Below the pieces are notes generated by a model. The model worked only from the letters and a program-made list of their open reading frames with translations. It made no database searches and was not told where the DNA came from. Both the position numbers and the translations under genes were made by a program. From Paragordius varius (taxonomy: Eukaryota > Animalia > Nematomorpha), in assembly GCA_964247055.1 (NCBI GenBank), contig OZ176051.1:7626001-7690000 (forward strand): DNA of 64,000 nt, read 5' to 3'. Below are positions 63,801 through 64,000 of this stretch, one piece after another; position 1 is the first letter of the stretch; every line of letters starts with the position of its first letter.

Positions 63801-64000
63801 TTACAATTTAAATTCCCCCTCGAACAATTCAAATTCCCCCTAAAAATAAATGTGTTTTCGGGCAAATTTAATTCATGATTAATATGAAATATATCTTAAT
63901 GGTATAATTTATTATTTTTTCCTTATTATTTTAATTTTAAACAATAATCTTAAAAACGCTTAATTTATTTTAGGGTAAATATGAATTGTTCAAGGGTTTG

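Overview
Very AT-rich (roughly a quarter GC by eye) animal genomic DNA. There is no sign of prokaryotic organisation or CRISPR. Recognisable spliced genes are UBAC1/KPC2 (921-5546, +), HAT1 (39577-42660, +), ZFPL1 (44456-46339, +) and a 5'-partial kindlin/FERMT (57266-63210, -). Also present are a CRISP-like CAP+hinge+ShKT gene (~19334-22020, -), a secreted ~650-aa protein with a C-terminal chitin-binding CBM14 domain (34676-37729, +), an ~870-aa Ser/Asn/Tyr/Arg low-complexity orphan (~12308-18597, +) and two small orphan candidates. UBAC1, HAT1, ZFPL1 and one orphan carry 21-36 nt GT-AG micro-introns alongside ordinary introns, while the other main genes have none. This suggests a parasite-type lineage such as Myxozoa, which is inference only. 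Intergenic and intronic DNA is full of transposon relics. These include a three-level nest (mariner > non-autonomous hAT > hAT with transposase), two divergent Ty3/Gypsy relics bracketing a collapsed 28S rDNA fragment, an RTE LINE, a Helitron, a SINE-like insert and several foldback MITEs. The most unusual structure is the inner hAT, which carries an inverted, internally deleted copy of its own transposase ~100 nt downstream of the sense copy and inside one TIR/TSD pair. That is the architecture of hairpin 'killer' silencers. All alignments and exon calls were made by eye.
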